This document shows, piece after piece, positions 1-13,414 of a stretch of DNA of 64,000 bases. The stretch is from Squalus acanthias. Taxonomy: Eukaryota. The translations under genes and the position numbers were made by a program. The stretch lies in assembly GCA_030390025.1 (NCBI GenBank), contig CM059432.1:33358001-33422000 (forward strand). The letters run 5' to 3'. Every line of letters starts with the position of its first letter. The first letter of the stretch is position 1. Below the pieces are notes generated by a model. It saw nothing but the letters and a program-made list of their open reading frames with translations. It was not told where the DNA came from and did not search any database.

Positions 1-182
1 CTCTGTCTCGAGAACACAGAAATAGTTGGAAGATTTATTAGATGCTCCCAAGGGTAGGCTCAGAGCCTTCCCCTGCGAGCCCCAATCATTCTCCATCAAC
101 CTTGGTCCGGCAGGTGCTGGTTGATACTGCATTTCCGTGTGTAAGGAACAAAGTTTTAAAAACAAAAAATTATTTCCACAAT

Positions 183-1397
183 AATTATATCCACTATAAG
201 CCCACTGACTCCCACAGCTACCTGGACTACACTTCCTCCCACCACGCTTCCTGTAAGGACTCTATTCCATTCTCCCAGTTTCTCCGTCTCTGCTGCATCT
301 GTCCGACAATGCCACCTTCCATACCAGTGCTTCCGATATGTCTTCCTTTTCCTCAACCGAGGATTCCCCTCCACCGTGGTTGACAGGGCCCTCGACTGTG
401 TCCGTTCCATTTCCCGCACTTCTGCTCTCACCCCTTCCCCTCCCTGACCACGATAGGGTTCCCCTTGACCTTACCTTTCACCCCACCAGCCTCCACATTC
501 AACCGATCATCCTCCGCCATTTCAACCACCTCAGCGTGATCCCACCACCAAACACATCTTCCCCTCTCCTCACCTTTCATCATTCCGAAGGGACCATTCC
601 CTCCGCGACACCCTGCTTCACTCCTCTATCGCCCCCAACACCCACTCCCCTTCCCACGGCACCTTCCCGTGCAAGCGCAGGAGATGCAACACATGCCCTT
701 TTACCTCCTCCCTTTCCATCGCCCAGGGCCCCAAACACTTCTTCCAGATGAAACAGCGATTTACTTGTACTTCTTGCAATTTAGTATACTATATTCGCTG
801 CTCACGATGCGGTCTCCTCTACATTGGGGAGACTAAACGCAGATTGGGTGACCGCTTTGTGGAACACCTCCGTTCAGTCCGTAAGCGTGACCTCGAGCTT
901 CTGGTCATGTGTCATTTTAATTCTCCGGACCACTCCCAATCTGAGCTCTCTGTCCTCGGCCTCCTACGCTGTTCCAATGAAGCTCAAGAAACAGCACCTC
1001 ATCTTTCTATTAGGCACTTTACAGACTTCCGGACTCAACACTGAGTTCAACAATTTCAGATCATAAACTCTGCCCCCATTTTTTCGAATGGCAGCTGTTG
1101 ATTATTCTGCCATTGCCATTTACACTTCATCTAGACCCATCTTTTGTTTCTTTACTTGTCCCATTACCAGCTCCTTTTACCTTGCACCATCATCCCTTTT
1201 GTTCTTCCTCCCTCCCCCTCCCTCTGTATTTACTTAAAACCTGTTCCATCTCTAACTTTTTCCAGTTCTGACGAAGGGTCATCGACCTGAAACGTTAACT
1301 CTGTTTCTCTCTCCACAGATGCTGCCTGACCTGCAGAGTATTTCCAGCATTTTCTGTTTTTATTTCAGATTTCCAGCATCCGCAGTATTTTTCTTTT
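183..1397 (+). mobile_element. Penelope-like retroelement (PLE), 5'-truncated: RT C-terminus, GIY-YIG endonuclease and 3' terminal repeat
   Basis: Frameshifted translation HYKPTDSHSYLDYTSSH...IPFSQFLRL (PLE RT C-terminus) then RFTCTSCNLVYYIRCSRCGLLYIGETKRRLGDRFVEHLRSVRK (GIY-YIG, 748-1044); ends in the hammerhead-bearing tail seen elsewhere in the window. Confidence 0.9.
1264..1300 (+). ncRNA. Minimal type I hammerhead ribozyme motif in the PLE terminal repeat
   Basis: agtt-CTGACGA-a-gggtc-atc-gacct-GAAAC-GTT-aact: conserved core, stem I agtt/aact, stem II gggtc/gacct, palindromic AACGTT in place of stem III. Confidence 0.8.
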
Positions 1398-1399
1398 GA

Positions 1400-1790
1400 A
1401 TTATTTATTCTCATTGCCTGCCTTTAGTTGCCCTGAGAAGGTGGTGGTGGGCCACCTTCTTGAACTGCTGAGTAGCAGTTTGATACAACTGAGTGGCTTG
1501 CTAGGCTCCCTCAGGGAGAAGTTGAGAGCCAACCTTGTTGGTGTGGGACTAGAGTCACATAGGCCAAACCGGGTAAGGACGGCAGGTTTCCTTCCCTAAA
1601 GGACATTAGTGAATCAGTTCGGTTTTTACAACAATCTTGACAGCTTCATGGTCACTTTTACTGGTGCCAGCTTTTTTTTTTCCCTTTTAAACTTAATGCA
1701 AATTCTCAAACTACTGTGGTGGAATTTGAATTTACTGGATTATTAGTCCAGGTAATCTGGATTACCAGTCCAGCAACGTCCCCACTACAC
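1400..1790 (-). mobile_element. tRNA-derived SINE (family B), degenerate
   Basis: Similar to 3965-4275, 10300-10615, 31550-31870, 34727-35062 (shared ttccttccctaaaggacattagtga and ggattattagtccag blocks). Confidence 0.7.
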
Positions 1791-1819
1791 TGCCGTTCCT
1801 GAAGAGCAGTGACTGACTC

Positions 1820-2010
1820 CTTGTTGGGAGGGCTGGCCTGATCCAGGCTTCGCCTAACTTCCACACACGAGCACTTTTCAGCAGGAGTCACTGGAGAGCA
1901 GGAAGCCTGGGGAGTTTCTTGTCAGTTGATTCAGGATTAAACCTGGGACATAACTATTCTGTGTGTCTCAGTATCATAAGGGGCAATGAGTTTAACCACT
2001 GGCCCATCAG
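1820..2010 (-). mobile_element. Old SINE (family C) fragment
   Basis: gcctgatccagg...ggagtcactggagagcaggaagcctgg resembles 8465-8835 and 42125-42510. Confidence 0.45.
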
Positions 2011-2124
2011 AGAAGCAAAAGGAACCGAGTTAGGATTATAACTATCTAGCAGAGAGCTCCAGAGACAGGGAGAAAGGGTGCATGAAGCTTCACAGCTGAT
2101 GTTCAGTGGTAAGATGTAGCTTAT

Positions 2125-2250
2125 TCCTGGAAATTTCCTTGGGGGGAGGGTCTCCCGATTCGCCGGCGTAACTTTAGATATTCAGGCTTTCCACTGAAGT
2201 TACAGCAATCGATAGGTAGACCCCTCCCACCCCAAATAAAAATTCCTGAC
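2125..2250. mobile_element. Degenerate palindromic MITE-like element
   Basis: Imperfect inverted repeats (ggagggtct/agacccctcc; gtaactt/aagttac); related sequence at about 34037-34165. Confidence 0.4.
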
Positions 2251-2499
2251 ACACATGGTCTTAGCATATACATTAGGATTGTCTTAAAGAAGATGGAAAG
2301 TCTTGAGTGGTGAAAGGAGGGGAGTGTGGGAGGGCGTGTGTTCTGTATATAGTTTTAAAAATCACTTGCCAGTAATAGAAAGCTTCAGTTTGCACATTTT
2401 CCCTTCCCATCCAGGACACCAAATCTGCTCACCACTCATCTCTCATATTATGCCTCGAGGAGGAAAATTGTGAATGTTTATGCCGAGAAAAAGAAGGCT

Positions 2500-3030
2500 C
2501 AGATCTTATTGAGGTGTTTGGGTTAAAGTTAAACTGAACCCTAATAAAAATGCTTGTAATCATCAAGGGAGCATAGACTCCACCTCCGAACAAGGAAGAA
2601 CAGACAGTTTGGACTTAACTACTTTACACAGAGGGTGGTGAATGTAGAGGAGCAGTAGAGGTGGATAATACTGACAGATTCAACAGGGAACTGGGTAGAT
2701 ATTTGGCAGCGAAAGTGTAATGAGGGAAACGAGAGATGGAGTAGTGTATGGTGTTTTTCAAACTTTGAGGCAGTTTGGGGATGTCTCCGATGGTATCAAA
2801 TATAGGACTGATGTCAGGAACATCATTCAGCACATGGAATAAACTTCCAGATAAGGTCATAGGATGTCTTGATGGGGAGGACTGTAGGGTCTTTCTGGAC
2901 AGTTGAACTAAGATTGGCCAAATGGCCTTCCTTCATAGAATCTTACAACACAGAAGGAGGCCATTCAGCCCTGTGCTGGCTCTTTGAAAGAGCTATCCAA
3001 TTAGTCCCACTCTCACCACAGCCCTGCAAA
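2500..3030. mobile_element. Highly decayed CR1 3' fragments (plus copy abutting a minus-strand tail)
   Basis: agaaggctcagatcttattgaggtgttt, tttacacagagggtggtgaatg and catagaatcttacaacacagaaggaggccattc motifs shared with the larger CR1 copies. Confidence 0.55.
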
Positions 3031-3964
3031 GCTTCTTTATTTATATATACAATTCCTTATCTGACTCTATTTTGTGATCTGGTCCTGATCGTTCCTATAT
3101 AAAAAGAGTTTGCGTGAATTCTGAAGCAATTCTATTCGCTAACGTAAAGCACAGTGCTGCACAAAGCCAGATAAAGTTCCTATGAGCTGCAGACTTTGCC
3201 ACGGTGTGAGTTTGATGCACTGACTTCTGATTGATGAACAGGGCTGCTCTAGAATGTGTAGGCTGCCTTGGTAACGGCATCCAAGCAGTTCCCAGAGTAG
3301 GTGGAGGCCTGAACTCCCATTACAAAACCTCTTTTATAAGTTCCAGTCCTTCTCATAATTGGATTTTGGTCAAGATCTTTGATGAAGAAGTTGAGCAGTG
3401 ACATTTTATTGGGAACTATTTCATACATTTACGAGAACCGGGAAATACCGGCAGGTCGACCCAGCCTGTCCCTTTTTGATGGTTTCGAGCACCACTTACC
3501 CACCCATGCCCCTTAGTCCTTTCTCTCACTAGAAATAGCCCTTGAATCCATTTACACTCTTTGCTTCAACGGCCCTCCTTTCCCTGGAGGCAAACCATTT
3601 TTCTAAGCGTCTGTCACTTGTTAATGTCTTATCTCAATCTTGTAATTGTGGTTCAAGTAAAATAGTAAGAACACAGGAATGTACGGGGCTCCGAGAAATC
3701 AGTGTTGTCAATCTGGCTGCTTCCAATATTTCAAAAAGCCCGCAGATTACATTATCTCTGAAACTCTTCGATCCCTTTCTCTGCCAAATATCTATCCAGT
3801 TCCATCTTTAATTTGTTGTTTCCACCTCCACACTCTCCGCACAGTTTGTTTTACATATTCACCACTTTCTCTATACAGTGGTTAAATTAATTTACCTTCC
3901 CTATTCTGAACTTGAGTTTGTGTCCCTAGTTATAAAATTGCTGGATTATTTTTTATTTGTTCTT

Positions 3965-4275
3965 GGTTGACACTGGCAAAAGCCACATTTTTATTGCCCA
4001 TTTCTAGTTGCTTTAAGCAGGTAGAGTAGTCCCTCTTCTTGATAGTGATGGTAATGAATCAACTACGTAGTGTAGGACTGGAGTCACATGTAGGCCAGGC
4101 CAAGTAGAGGTGGCAGGTTGCCTTCCCTGAAGGACATTAGTGAGCCAATTAGATTTTTGTTCAAGGCAAGTCCACAAATTACCAGATTTATTAAATTCAA
4201 GTTCATAACTTGCCACGGTGGGATCTGAACTCATGACCTCTGGTAATAAGCATGACTACTATGCCACCATATCCA
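3965..4275 (-). mobile_element. tRNA-derived SINE (family B)
   Basis: Tail tttattgcccat...tagttgc and body ccttccctgaaggacattagtgagcc. Confidence 0.7.
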
Positions 4276-4652
4276 ATTATGGCCAGCACTTTATACAACT
4301 CGAAGCAGGTTAAAAAATAATGACCTGGATCATGTCTCCCACCCTCATCCCTGCCTTTTCTCCATTGAGAAAAAAGATCTATCAAAGGAAATCTGCTCTA
4401 AGCACAGTGCAATGTTAAACAGTCCAATGATCAGGAATCCTATAGGACATAATGGGCATGCATTATACTGAAATGCACCAATTGAGCAAACTACCAGAGC
4501 CAGCTCACACCTTAGCGCCTTCAGGGGAGGAAAAAGTTGATAAAGAAAACTATTTAAATAAAATGTGCTTGTGTCTGGTCCATTAATTGATACATGGGTT
4601 TTTAAACCCTTTAACTCAAAGTATAAAATGGCAAAGCTGCAGTTAGACATGC

Positions 4653-4776
4653 GGACCTAGAAATTCGTCTTGGGCAGTGGCGCAAAACGGGCGGTATCGG
4701 ATCGGCTGCCCGTTATACGCAGCACCTGATATTCAGTTCCATTTTGTGTCATCGCCCAAGACGGATTTCTCGGCCC
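4653..4776. mobile_element. 124-bp Harbinger-like MITE
   Basis: About 23-bp imperfect TIRs ggacctagaaattcgtcttgggc / gcccaagacggatttctcggccc; termini resemble 51145-52655; no clear TSD. Confidence 0.7.
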
Positions 4777-5831
4777 TTACCTGAGACGATCTGATCTTCA
4801 GGTTCCAAACATTTAGAACTGAAGAGAAACCTTGATTGTACTTTTAGGACCCGGGCCCAAATTCAGTGTGGGACACCCCCACGCGCCCCGACCCAATTCT
4901 CTCTGCCCAGAACACCTTTCCTGTGTAGTAGTTGGTGAGCCACCTTGACGAGCTCCCTACTGCTCGCTCAGCCACCTTCATTACACCAACAGCCTTTATT
5001 CCTCTCCACTCGAGCCACCTTAAGAGTCCCCCAATATGCCCTCCCACTTGACCTGGGAGTGCTAGATCCTGACATCGAGTGGCTGAAATGGGAAAGTGTG
5101 GCGTTTCCTGGTACAAACTTCCCTTCACCGCGAGGAGCACAAAATGCACCAAAATAGAGCGAGAGTAAAAGAAAACCTTGTTTATATAAAAGGAACAGCT
5201 CACTCTGTTCAGGAATTGAAATGACTTGGTGCAGAATATGTACAGGCACCAACCTCACTGAGGTAACATGTGCGATTACTGTTCGGTGGAGTAGACCCAA
5301 TTTACAGAAAAATATCTTGTGCAATGCTTGGGTTGTTGAGTGGATTCTCTGGTTTTATCCAGATGCTGGGGAACCGATGACCTCCTCCAGTCACTGCTGA
5401 GTCTAAACTTCTGTCTCCGTGACTCATTGACCCTGTAAATATAAATAGATGCTTAAAATTGGCAGGAAAGAACTCGGGTGGGGAGAGTGCCTTTACCACA
5501 GGCGTTCAACGGTAGGGGTGTGTGCCAGCACTAATTAAATATTAACAAAATATAAACATAGATCTGTTTCTTAATTTCCGATGCTCATCCTGTAGATCGA
5601 CCCAATCTGTGCACGTTCTTGCTCTTCGCTGTATCACTTTGTTCAAAGGAAGACTCTGGACAGTATTGGACCCGGAGTCTCATTCTTCAGATTGATTGAT
5701 CTGCCTCAACTATGGAACTCCTTATGTTCTTCCTCTTACAATTTTACAGGATTTTAAACCACTGATTCACTTAACCACTACATCTGCTTTGAACCTTGAT
5801 GTTATTCTTTAGTTCATTCTTTATATTTTCT

Positions 5832-6365
5832 AACATACAAAAATGACAAGCAAGAAAAGACCAGTTGGTCCACCAAGCCTGCCCCAAATGCATGGGTGCC
5901 TGGAGCATCGTGACCAGACACTTCCTTACATCCCGCCCCAACAGCCATGTCATCTCCTGGGAGAGGCGAAAAATAACAGGGTCAATAAAGGGGGAAAAAA
6001 ACTCTGGAAAAGTCCTCTCTGACGTCCTCAGGCGATCAAAGCCAGCCCGGAAGATCACATTAGCCATACGTATATTAACTCTTAATCCATTGAACTTCTA
6101 TATGATGCTATCTCTGCCCCAGCCGGGAACTAGTCCAGCTCCCTCTTGAAGGCATACGGAGAGTCAGCAGACACCGCACCAACCGGCAGCGCATTCCAGA
6201 GGCTCACTACTCTCTGGGAAAGGAAGAACTACCTAATGTTTAGCCTATTCCTAATTTTGCTTAGTTTAAATGCATAATCCGTGGCCCTCTCCAATCTGTC
6301 AACCTGAAATAATCTATCAATAGGCACACAATCTGTCAACCTGAAATAATCTATCAATAGGCCCT
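5832..6365 (-). mobile_element. CR1-like 3' fragment with internal 34-bp direct duplication (6292-6325 and 6329-6362)
   Basis: CR1-type tail and gcattccagaggctcactactctctggg motif; caatctgtcaacctgaaataatctatcaataggc occurs twice. Confidence 0.6.
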
Positions 6366-7289
6366 TACATTATTCTACGCTTTAGGCCTTGACCTTCAAT
6401 AGGTGTCTCAATAAAATAAATCTCTCTAATTGAGCTATGTTTCCTTTCTGCCCGGCAAGTATTCAACTGTCCTCAATCCTCGGGTGAGTACTGTTTCTTT
6501 TTTTGGATTGACCAACCTGTCTTTAGTCCCCTGGCACGCAACTCGACCCGAGGTCTCATCCTTCACACTCGCCAGTCCTCCACTTTCGATATCAAACTGC
6601 AGGAATGATCCTTCACATCCACCTGTCCTCAATCCCCTGACGCCATCCATTTAGCACATAATTTGGGTAGGTGGAAAAGTACACACTCTGCTGAAATGCA
6701 CTTCTTTTCCACGAGGGGGCACCAGCGTCTTACCGTGCTGGATACTTCAGTGCAGGGAAAGCCCTCAGTCTGGAGCAAGCTTGACAGCACAAGACTGTTT
6801 TTAAAGAAAATAAACAGACCCAGAGAAGCTGTGTACTTAAGACCAGTCCGCACCCATCCACCTACAGGTTAAACTGTTGTTGGTTTGCAGTCAATATTTT
6901 TCAGACTTTTTAACAAAGTTCATTATTATAAAACCATTCAATATTTTAAAGATTTTTTAGAAAACCATCAGATATATTTCTAAAACTGTAAAATGCTACA
7001 AAGCTGCAATTTAATTAAATATTTTACAATAAAAAAATGTCCACTGTTTTCCCCCAAGCAGTTTATACCTAACAGATGTGTAAATAAGTATGCCAAGGTT
7101 TGCATTAAGGGTTCCCGGTGATGAGGTTTAAGTTCCAGATCCAGTTTACAAACACTTTGTAAAATTGACTTCATTTTACAGTGTGCCCATCAGTCTAACC
7201 CACAACTCAACTCCATAATTGGCAACATTTGGACACAGGAAGCACAAACTCTGCAGGGGGCAATACAGCAGGTTGGTACTGTCAGTCTA

Positions 7290-7590
7290 ATGTTTTGTTT
7301 GCCCTTTTTGTCATTCTTCTCTGTTCTCACTTTTTATTTTATCTTCTCACTCTCTATTGCTCTCTCTCTCTATTCTCTCATTCTATTTGCCTTTCTCTCG
7401 ATTTCTCTGTTACTATTTATATTGCTGTCTCTCTTTCTTCACCTGTTTCTCTCTTTCCCTCCTCTGAGTTCTCTCCTCTTTTTGTCTCTTTATTTCCCTT
7501 TCTCTAATTCTCTCTTTTCTCTAGTTCATTCCTTGTTTCATTCACTTTTTTTTCTCTCAATCTTTCTCTTTCTTGCCTTTTCCCACATTC
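7290..7590. repeat. TC-rich low-complexity tract (a second one at about 9225-9425)
   Basis: Pyrimidine-rich simple sequence; gives spurious F/L/S-rich ORFs. Confidence 0.8.
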
Positions 7591-8464
7591 ATTCTTGGCA
7601 GAATTGGTTAGTATGTCATTGTCACAGTTTGGGATCTTTTAACCATTTGTCCACAGAAACTATTTTTTTGAAGTATTTTGAAAGCATATTGTATTAAAAA
7701 AGGCGTCTTAGATGGTAGGTAATTAAGATGCTAATGAAGTCAGCTTGATGTTGTTTCCTCATAGACTGTAAGTAATAAGCAATTTGGTGGTTTGTCCCTG
7801 TAGTTGATAAACACCTTACACTCGTTGGGTTGGAAGGGATTGTAATCTCTTTCTCACTGTGAATAGTTAGGAAATAAAGCAGAATATCAGTCACTAAAGA
7901 GTCAGTCTAGCTTTTGCACCAGAAATGGCAGCTTGAGGTACGATAGCAAGCTCAAAAAAGTCAAGATGCAGTGGGAGTTATTTTCTTTAAGTTAAGTAAG
8001 TTGACTCACTGAGCTGGTATGGTGTAGCGTGTCAGTTATTTTTATATCATTCGCAAAGATAAGTTTTTCCGATTGATTTAAGGGAATCTGATCATAACTA
8101 TTGCTCTTACTGTGCACCTTACTGTGGAATAAAGAACCTTAATGATTCAAACCAAGCTTTGTCTCATCCAGTGTTAACTTGGTCTGCCTTCGAAGAGATT
8201 GAAGAAATAAACGTGCAAAAGACTCGGATATCTGTTTCAGGCCACAAGGGAGGCTCATTGTTACACCCCTGGGTCCCGCTATTGTACAAGTGTATATAGG
8301 TCAGTATGAGTCAATTCCTATGAAAGTAAAACACTCAAGCACTGACGAAAGTGACATGACACCACTGAACTTGAGAAGGTATCTATGGTAGATCCAAATA
8401 TGTAACAGGCATTCTCTTGTTTTAAATGTTCTTTCTCTTTCATTTAAAAAAAACATTTTTATAA

Positions 8465-8835
8465 CTTTTCCAATATTTTCTCCTCAGCTCCTGAAGGTGC
8501 TGATTCTTTGTTGGGGCACAGTTCCACATATGCTGCTACCCCTCCGATACCTCACAAAGTGGCTATTTTTAATTCATTAACCTAGATTGTCAGTGCCGGC
8601 AGACTATTTGACTGTGGGGAGCATCACAGCCAAGGTCGATCCTATCTTCATGTTGCAAACAAATGCCTTCAAGTGCCTGTCATTGGAGAGCAGGAACCCT
8701 GGCTAATAATTTCCCCTATTCCCATTGAGGCCAATTGAAGGCCAACCTGCTGCCCTTAAGAGAACAGTTGACCCAGCACAGACCAGGCATTGATTTTGTG
8801 ACTTGGTGCTGCTCCACACAGTGCATTTACCCGCA
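8465..8835 (-). mobile_element. Old tRNA-derived SINE (family C; from memory resembles AmnSINE2/coelacanth-type SINEs)
   Basis: Aligns by eye with 14725-15160, 42125-42510 and antisense to 40905-41048. Confidence 0.6.
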
Positions 8836-9014
8836 AAGTCAATGGAAAAGTCTTTGGAAAAAAAGAAAGAAAGAACTTGTGTATATATATCACCTTTCAC
8901 AACCTCAGGACATCCCATATACGAATGAGCCCGTTTCGTGCTACTAGCGTAAACCAATTTCACCCCCCCCCCCTTCCTGTGTCCTACCTTTTGCTTGTAA
9001 GGAGCCCCTTAAAT

Positions 9015-9210
9015 TTAGAAAGAAAGAAAGAACTTGTATTTCTATGGTGCCATTCATGACCTCAGGATGCCTCATATTTATCTATTTATGGTCAATGAAG
9101 TACTTTTGAAGTGTAGTCACTGTTGTAATGTAGGAAACGCAGCAGCCAATTTGCGCACAGCAAGGTCCCACAAACAACAATGCGATAATGACCAGATAAC
9201 CTGATTTTAG
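9015..9210 (-). mobile_element. Deu-domain tRNA SINE (family A, SacSINE1-like) 3' fragment; shorter piece at 8860-8915
   Basis: aatgaagtacttttgaagtgtagtcactgttgtaatgtaggaaacgcagcagccaatttgcgcacagc block as in the full copies. Confidence 0.8.
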
Positions 9211-9626
9211 GGAGGGTCATTGTCTATTTCTTTCTTTCATCTCTGTTTGTTTTACTCTCATTCTCTTTTTCTATTTCTCTTTTTATTTTCCTTTTCATTC
9301 ATTGAGTTTGCTTCCTGTTACTATCCGTGTTTCTCATTTAACATTTATCCCATTTTCTAATTGTCTTTTTTTCATGTTCCTTTTCCAGTTTCACTTCTCT
9401 CTTTTTATCTTGCTTTTCCCTTCCTTGCCTGTCTGGCTTAATCTCTTTTGTGATCATGAGGTAGATATGGATGAGGAAGTGACATTTGGCCCAGACTAGA
9501 ACATATGTCTAGGAAAGTTTACATTCCTCCAATTACAAACTGGTCCTTAAATGATCCCAGGGTTTTCACCAACATTATCCTACCCATATGTACAGAAGGG
9601 CATGAAAAGACCATCCAGACATGTTC

Positions 9627-9925
9627 CATAGAATTGTACAGCACAGAAGGAGGCCATTCAGCCCAGCGCGCCTGTGCTGGTTCTTTGAAAGAACTAGCCA
9701 ATAAGTCCCACACCCCTGTTCTTTCCCCATAGTCCTGCAACTTTTTCCTTTTCAAGTATTTATCCAATTCCCTTTTGAAAGTTACTATTGAATCCGCTTC
9801 CACCACCCTTTCAGGCAGTGCATTCCAGATCATCGTAACTCACTCTGTTTATAAAAAAAAAAAAAAAATTCTCCTCCGCTCCCTCCTGATTCTTTTGCCA
9901 ATTATCTTAAACCTGTTAGTCACAG
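9627..9925 (-). mobile_element. CR1 3' fragment
   Basis: Minus translation WNALPERVVEADSIVTFKRELDKYLKRKKLQDYG; CR1 tail. Confidence 0.85.
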
Positions 9926-10299
9926 ACCTCATTTCCTCACCTCCTCATCACACAATCTCCTAGAAGAAGCAAAACCCCAGATGAAAGACCAGCGTCCATT
10001 CCACGTGTTGATCGTTCTTTGTGTGAAGCATTTCCTGTCATCACTAATACATTTCACTAGCTTGTGTCCCTTTATCATGGTTTAATGTGAACTCGTATCG
10101 CGTTTTCTACGTTTGCTCTATTATGTATCTCTCTAAGGTCCCCTCTCAGCTTTTTTTTTTATTGCCAGAGCACAATTTTCTCCATTCTTTCCTCATAATC
10201 ACCATCTCTCTCTCTCTTTGGATTTTTTCCCCTTCTGTTGTCCCTGTAGCGTGAGTTATTATGGCTCATATAATTTTTCACCAATTTACATTATTTTGT

Positions 10300-10615
10300 G
10301 TTCTCAGGGTGTGGATGACACTGACGAAGCCACATGTATGACACATCTGCAGCAACTGCCAGGACATTGAGAGGACATTAACAGTCAAGCTCCTCACTTG
10401 TAGACCAGATCAGATAGGGGTGACCGTCTCTCTTCCCTGAACTAGTTGGTTTTTTTTTTATAACACTCCAGCAGTTTTTATGCTCATTTTTTTCTGGTGC
10501 CAACCCACAAATTTATCAGATGTATTGAATTCAGCTCCACAATTTGCTTCAGTGGGGTTTAAATTCACAATCTCTGCATTGCTAGGCCAGTCCCATAACC
10601 AGTACACTGCCATAC
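10300..10615 (-). mobile_element. SINE family B, degenerate
   Basis: Weak similarity to other family B copies. Confidence 0.5.
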
Positions 10616-10632
10616 CCTATATTAGCCATTAG

Positions 10633-10840
10633 GACATAGAAACATAGAAGATAGGAGCAGGAGTAGGCCATTCGGCCCCTCGAGCCTGCTCCGCCATTCG
10701 ATGAGATCATGGCTGATCATCCAAACTCAGTACCCTGTCCCTGCCTTCTCCCCATATCCCTTGATGCCTTTAGCCTTAAGAAATATATCTAACTCCTTCT
10801 TGAATATATTTACTGACTTGGCCTCTACTGCCTTCTGTGG
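10633..10840 (-). mobile_element. CR1 3' end fragment
   Basis: Near-identical to the reverse complement of about 50920-51127 (acatagaaacatagaagataggagcaggagtaggccattcggccc). Confidence 0.9.
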
Positions 10841-10857
10841 CACTCAGTGGTGTGACA

Positions 10858-11210
10858 TCAACAACAGCAACTTATATTTATAAAGCACCGTTAAAGTAGT
10901 AAAATGTCCCCAGGCATTCCACAGGAGCGTAATCAGACAAAAGAATTGACACTGAGCCAAAGAAGGAGACATTAGGACAGGTGATCAAAAACTTGGTCAA
11001 AGAGCTAGGTTTTCAGGCTCATCTTAAAAGAGGAGAGCGAGACGGAGAGGTTTAAGGAGAGAATTCTAGAGTTTAGGGCCTAGACAGCTGAAGGCACAGC
11101 CACTAGTTGTGGGCGAAGGAAGTTAGAGGTGCAGAAGAGGCCAGAATTTGAGGAACACCGAGTTCTTGGAGGTTTGTAGGGCTGGAGGAGGTGACAGATC
11201 GGGAGGGGTG
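10858..11210 (-). mobile_element. L2 LINE 3' fragment
   Basis: (caa)n tail plus sequence matching 59067-59420. Confidence 0.85.
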
Positions 11211-11880
11211 ATTAGAAGTAATATACCCTATAATTAGATTGACAGGGCTATTAGGATTTATTTAATTAGATATAGAGTTTCCTTTAACATACCATGAAGT
11301 ATCAGGGTTTCTATATTTCATCCATCTTCTATAATATATTAGAAGTTTTGCATATCAAGTAACACTACATGTAACACTATCCTATCACATCTATTCATAT
11401 TTTCATGCTATTTCTGTTACACCTGTCTGTCATGCTTTCCTGTCATGATTAAATGTTTTTGTGTTACTTACCACTGGTTGAGTCTTCAAAGACTTGCCTG
11501 AAAGGTAGGTATACCAGTGGTGCTTTTGTTCAGTTGCCTGTGAGAACTCCCAGCTGTACCCACCTTGGAACTCCAAGATCTGGCCTACTCACAACTCCCT
11601 CCCACCGCTGCCTTTCCCTGCCCCCCAAGCTAGAGTTACAATCCCCTCGGATTGTCCTAGAGTCTCTAGGAATTGAATATTAATCTTCTTGATACTGCTG
11701 CGAACAAACAGGGAGAAAAATCATAGGGGCATTAAAAACAATTGTGCGTGTATGTTTTCCATTTTCTTTTGAACACTTTTATTTATTATGATAATATTGG
11801 AGAAGGGAAAAAAGGCCGATTGACTGACCGTCAAAAATCATCCAATTGGGTAACAAAGAGTCTGTTCATTTTCCAATTAA

Positions 11881-11975
11881 TGTTCTGACAAAGGGTCGTC
11901 GACCTGAAACGTTAACTCTGTTTCTCTCTCCACAGATGCTACCTGACCAGCTGAGTATTTCCAGCATTTTCTGTG
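11881..11975 (+). mobile_element. Short PLE-derived hammerhead element (core mutated to CTGACAA)
   Basis: gttctgacaaagggtcgtcgacctgaaacgttaactctgtttctctctccacagatgct. Confidence 0.85.
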
Positions 11976-12059
11976 TGATGTATCACAAGTCTGGAGGTGT
12001 CAGACAATACAAAACTTTTAGAATCCTTTCAATCTGACCTCTGGCTTGCCCACAGGACT

Positions 12060-13142
12060 GAGACTGTCCTAGTTAAAGTCACTAGTGACATACTCTGTGA
12101 CTATGACTGTGGCACATTACTCCGGCCTTGTTCTCCTTCTTGGCCTTTGCCTGGCATTTAACACAGTGAATCACCGTCTTACAACATCCCCGCTCCTCTA
12201 TGGTTGATCTCCAGGGGTCATCTTCCACTCCTACCTATTCCATCATAGGACACCCCCAGCAATGGCTTGCTCCCCTTCCCTCCCCACTGATTAGTCCTCT
12301 TTCCAGTACCTTAAGGTTCCATTCTTGACCCCCTCCTTTTCCTCATTTACATGCTGCCCTTTGGAGACTTTACACCATGGAGTCAGTTTCCATATTTACC
12401 TTGATGATATCCAGCTTATCTCTCCACCATTGACCTTGATTCAATGACTATCTCTGACCAATCTGATGTCAAGTCACAGATGAGCCAGAGCTTTCTCCAA
12501 TTGACCTTTGCAGAAACAGAATCCAACCATTATGGCTCCCGTCATAAATTCTGTGCCTTTTCCCATGCACTCTTGCCATCTCTGCTGCTTCAAGCTGAAC
12601 TGGGCAGTGCTTGACTTTGGTGTCCTAAGCTGTACTTCAAACTTCATATCCTATCCATCACCAAAACTGCTTACTTTCACCTCTGCAATGTGTTGTCCAC
12701 ATCAGCCCTCAACCACAATTTTGTCACCTTGACTTGGTTTCTGCATTGACCTCCGAGTGACCCTTCCAAGCTCCACTTTATACAAACCCCAACTCATCCA
12801 AAATTCTGTATCCTGGATCCTGTGCCACACCAAGTCCCAGTCACCTATCACCCTTGCCCTTGCTGATCTTTAATGGCTCCCTGTCACAGTGAATCCAAAA
12901 TCCTTGTCTACAAATCTCTTCAAGACTTCATCCGATCCGACCTCTAGAACTACATTTTGCCTTATGTCCTAAGCCCTTGCCCTTCAGGGCTCCGACTCTG
13001 GCCCCCTGTGTGTCCCCTCTTTCATCGGTGGCAATGACCTTTATCCAACTTCACCCTACTCTCTGTAACTCCATCCTTAAACCCTTCTGTCTTACCTGCT
13101 CTCTCCCTGCATTCAAAAATCTCTTCAAAACCTATCTCTTCG
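12060..13142 (+). mobile_element. Decayed L2 LINE RT/3' region
   Basis: Collinear with the reverse complement of 59220-60380 (remnants of ETAL-KV--D, GSIL-PLLF-IY, Y-DD-QL). Confidence 0.75.
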
Positions 13143-13414
13143 TTGCACTTAATGTTAGCACTTGGTCCCTGAAATGGAAAGTGTTCAAGTTACTTAAACA
13201 CACAAAACCTTCTGCAGAGGCTACATTACTTCATAGTCTGCATAAAGTTATTCATACTGTTCAAAATTAAGACTTGCACATCTGAGCCAGGCAACTCCAC
13301 ACTACTCCAGGCTGCTGTTGATGATTGACCAGACAGTCCAGCTCTTTGGCAGGACTTGAGGAGTAGACTCATTGTCAGTAGGGGCTTCTCACTCAGGTGT
13401 TGGCAGGCAGTGTG

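Noticed and set aside
7229..7697. Hydrophobic ORFs resembling membrane proteins
   Set aside because: Translation of a TC-rich low-complexity tract
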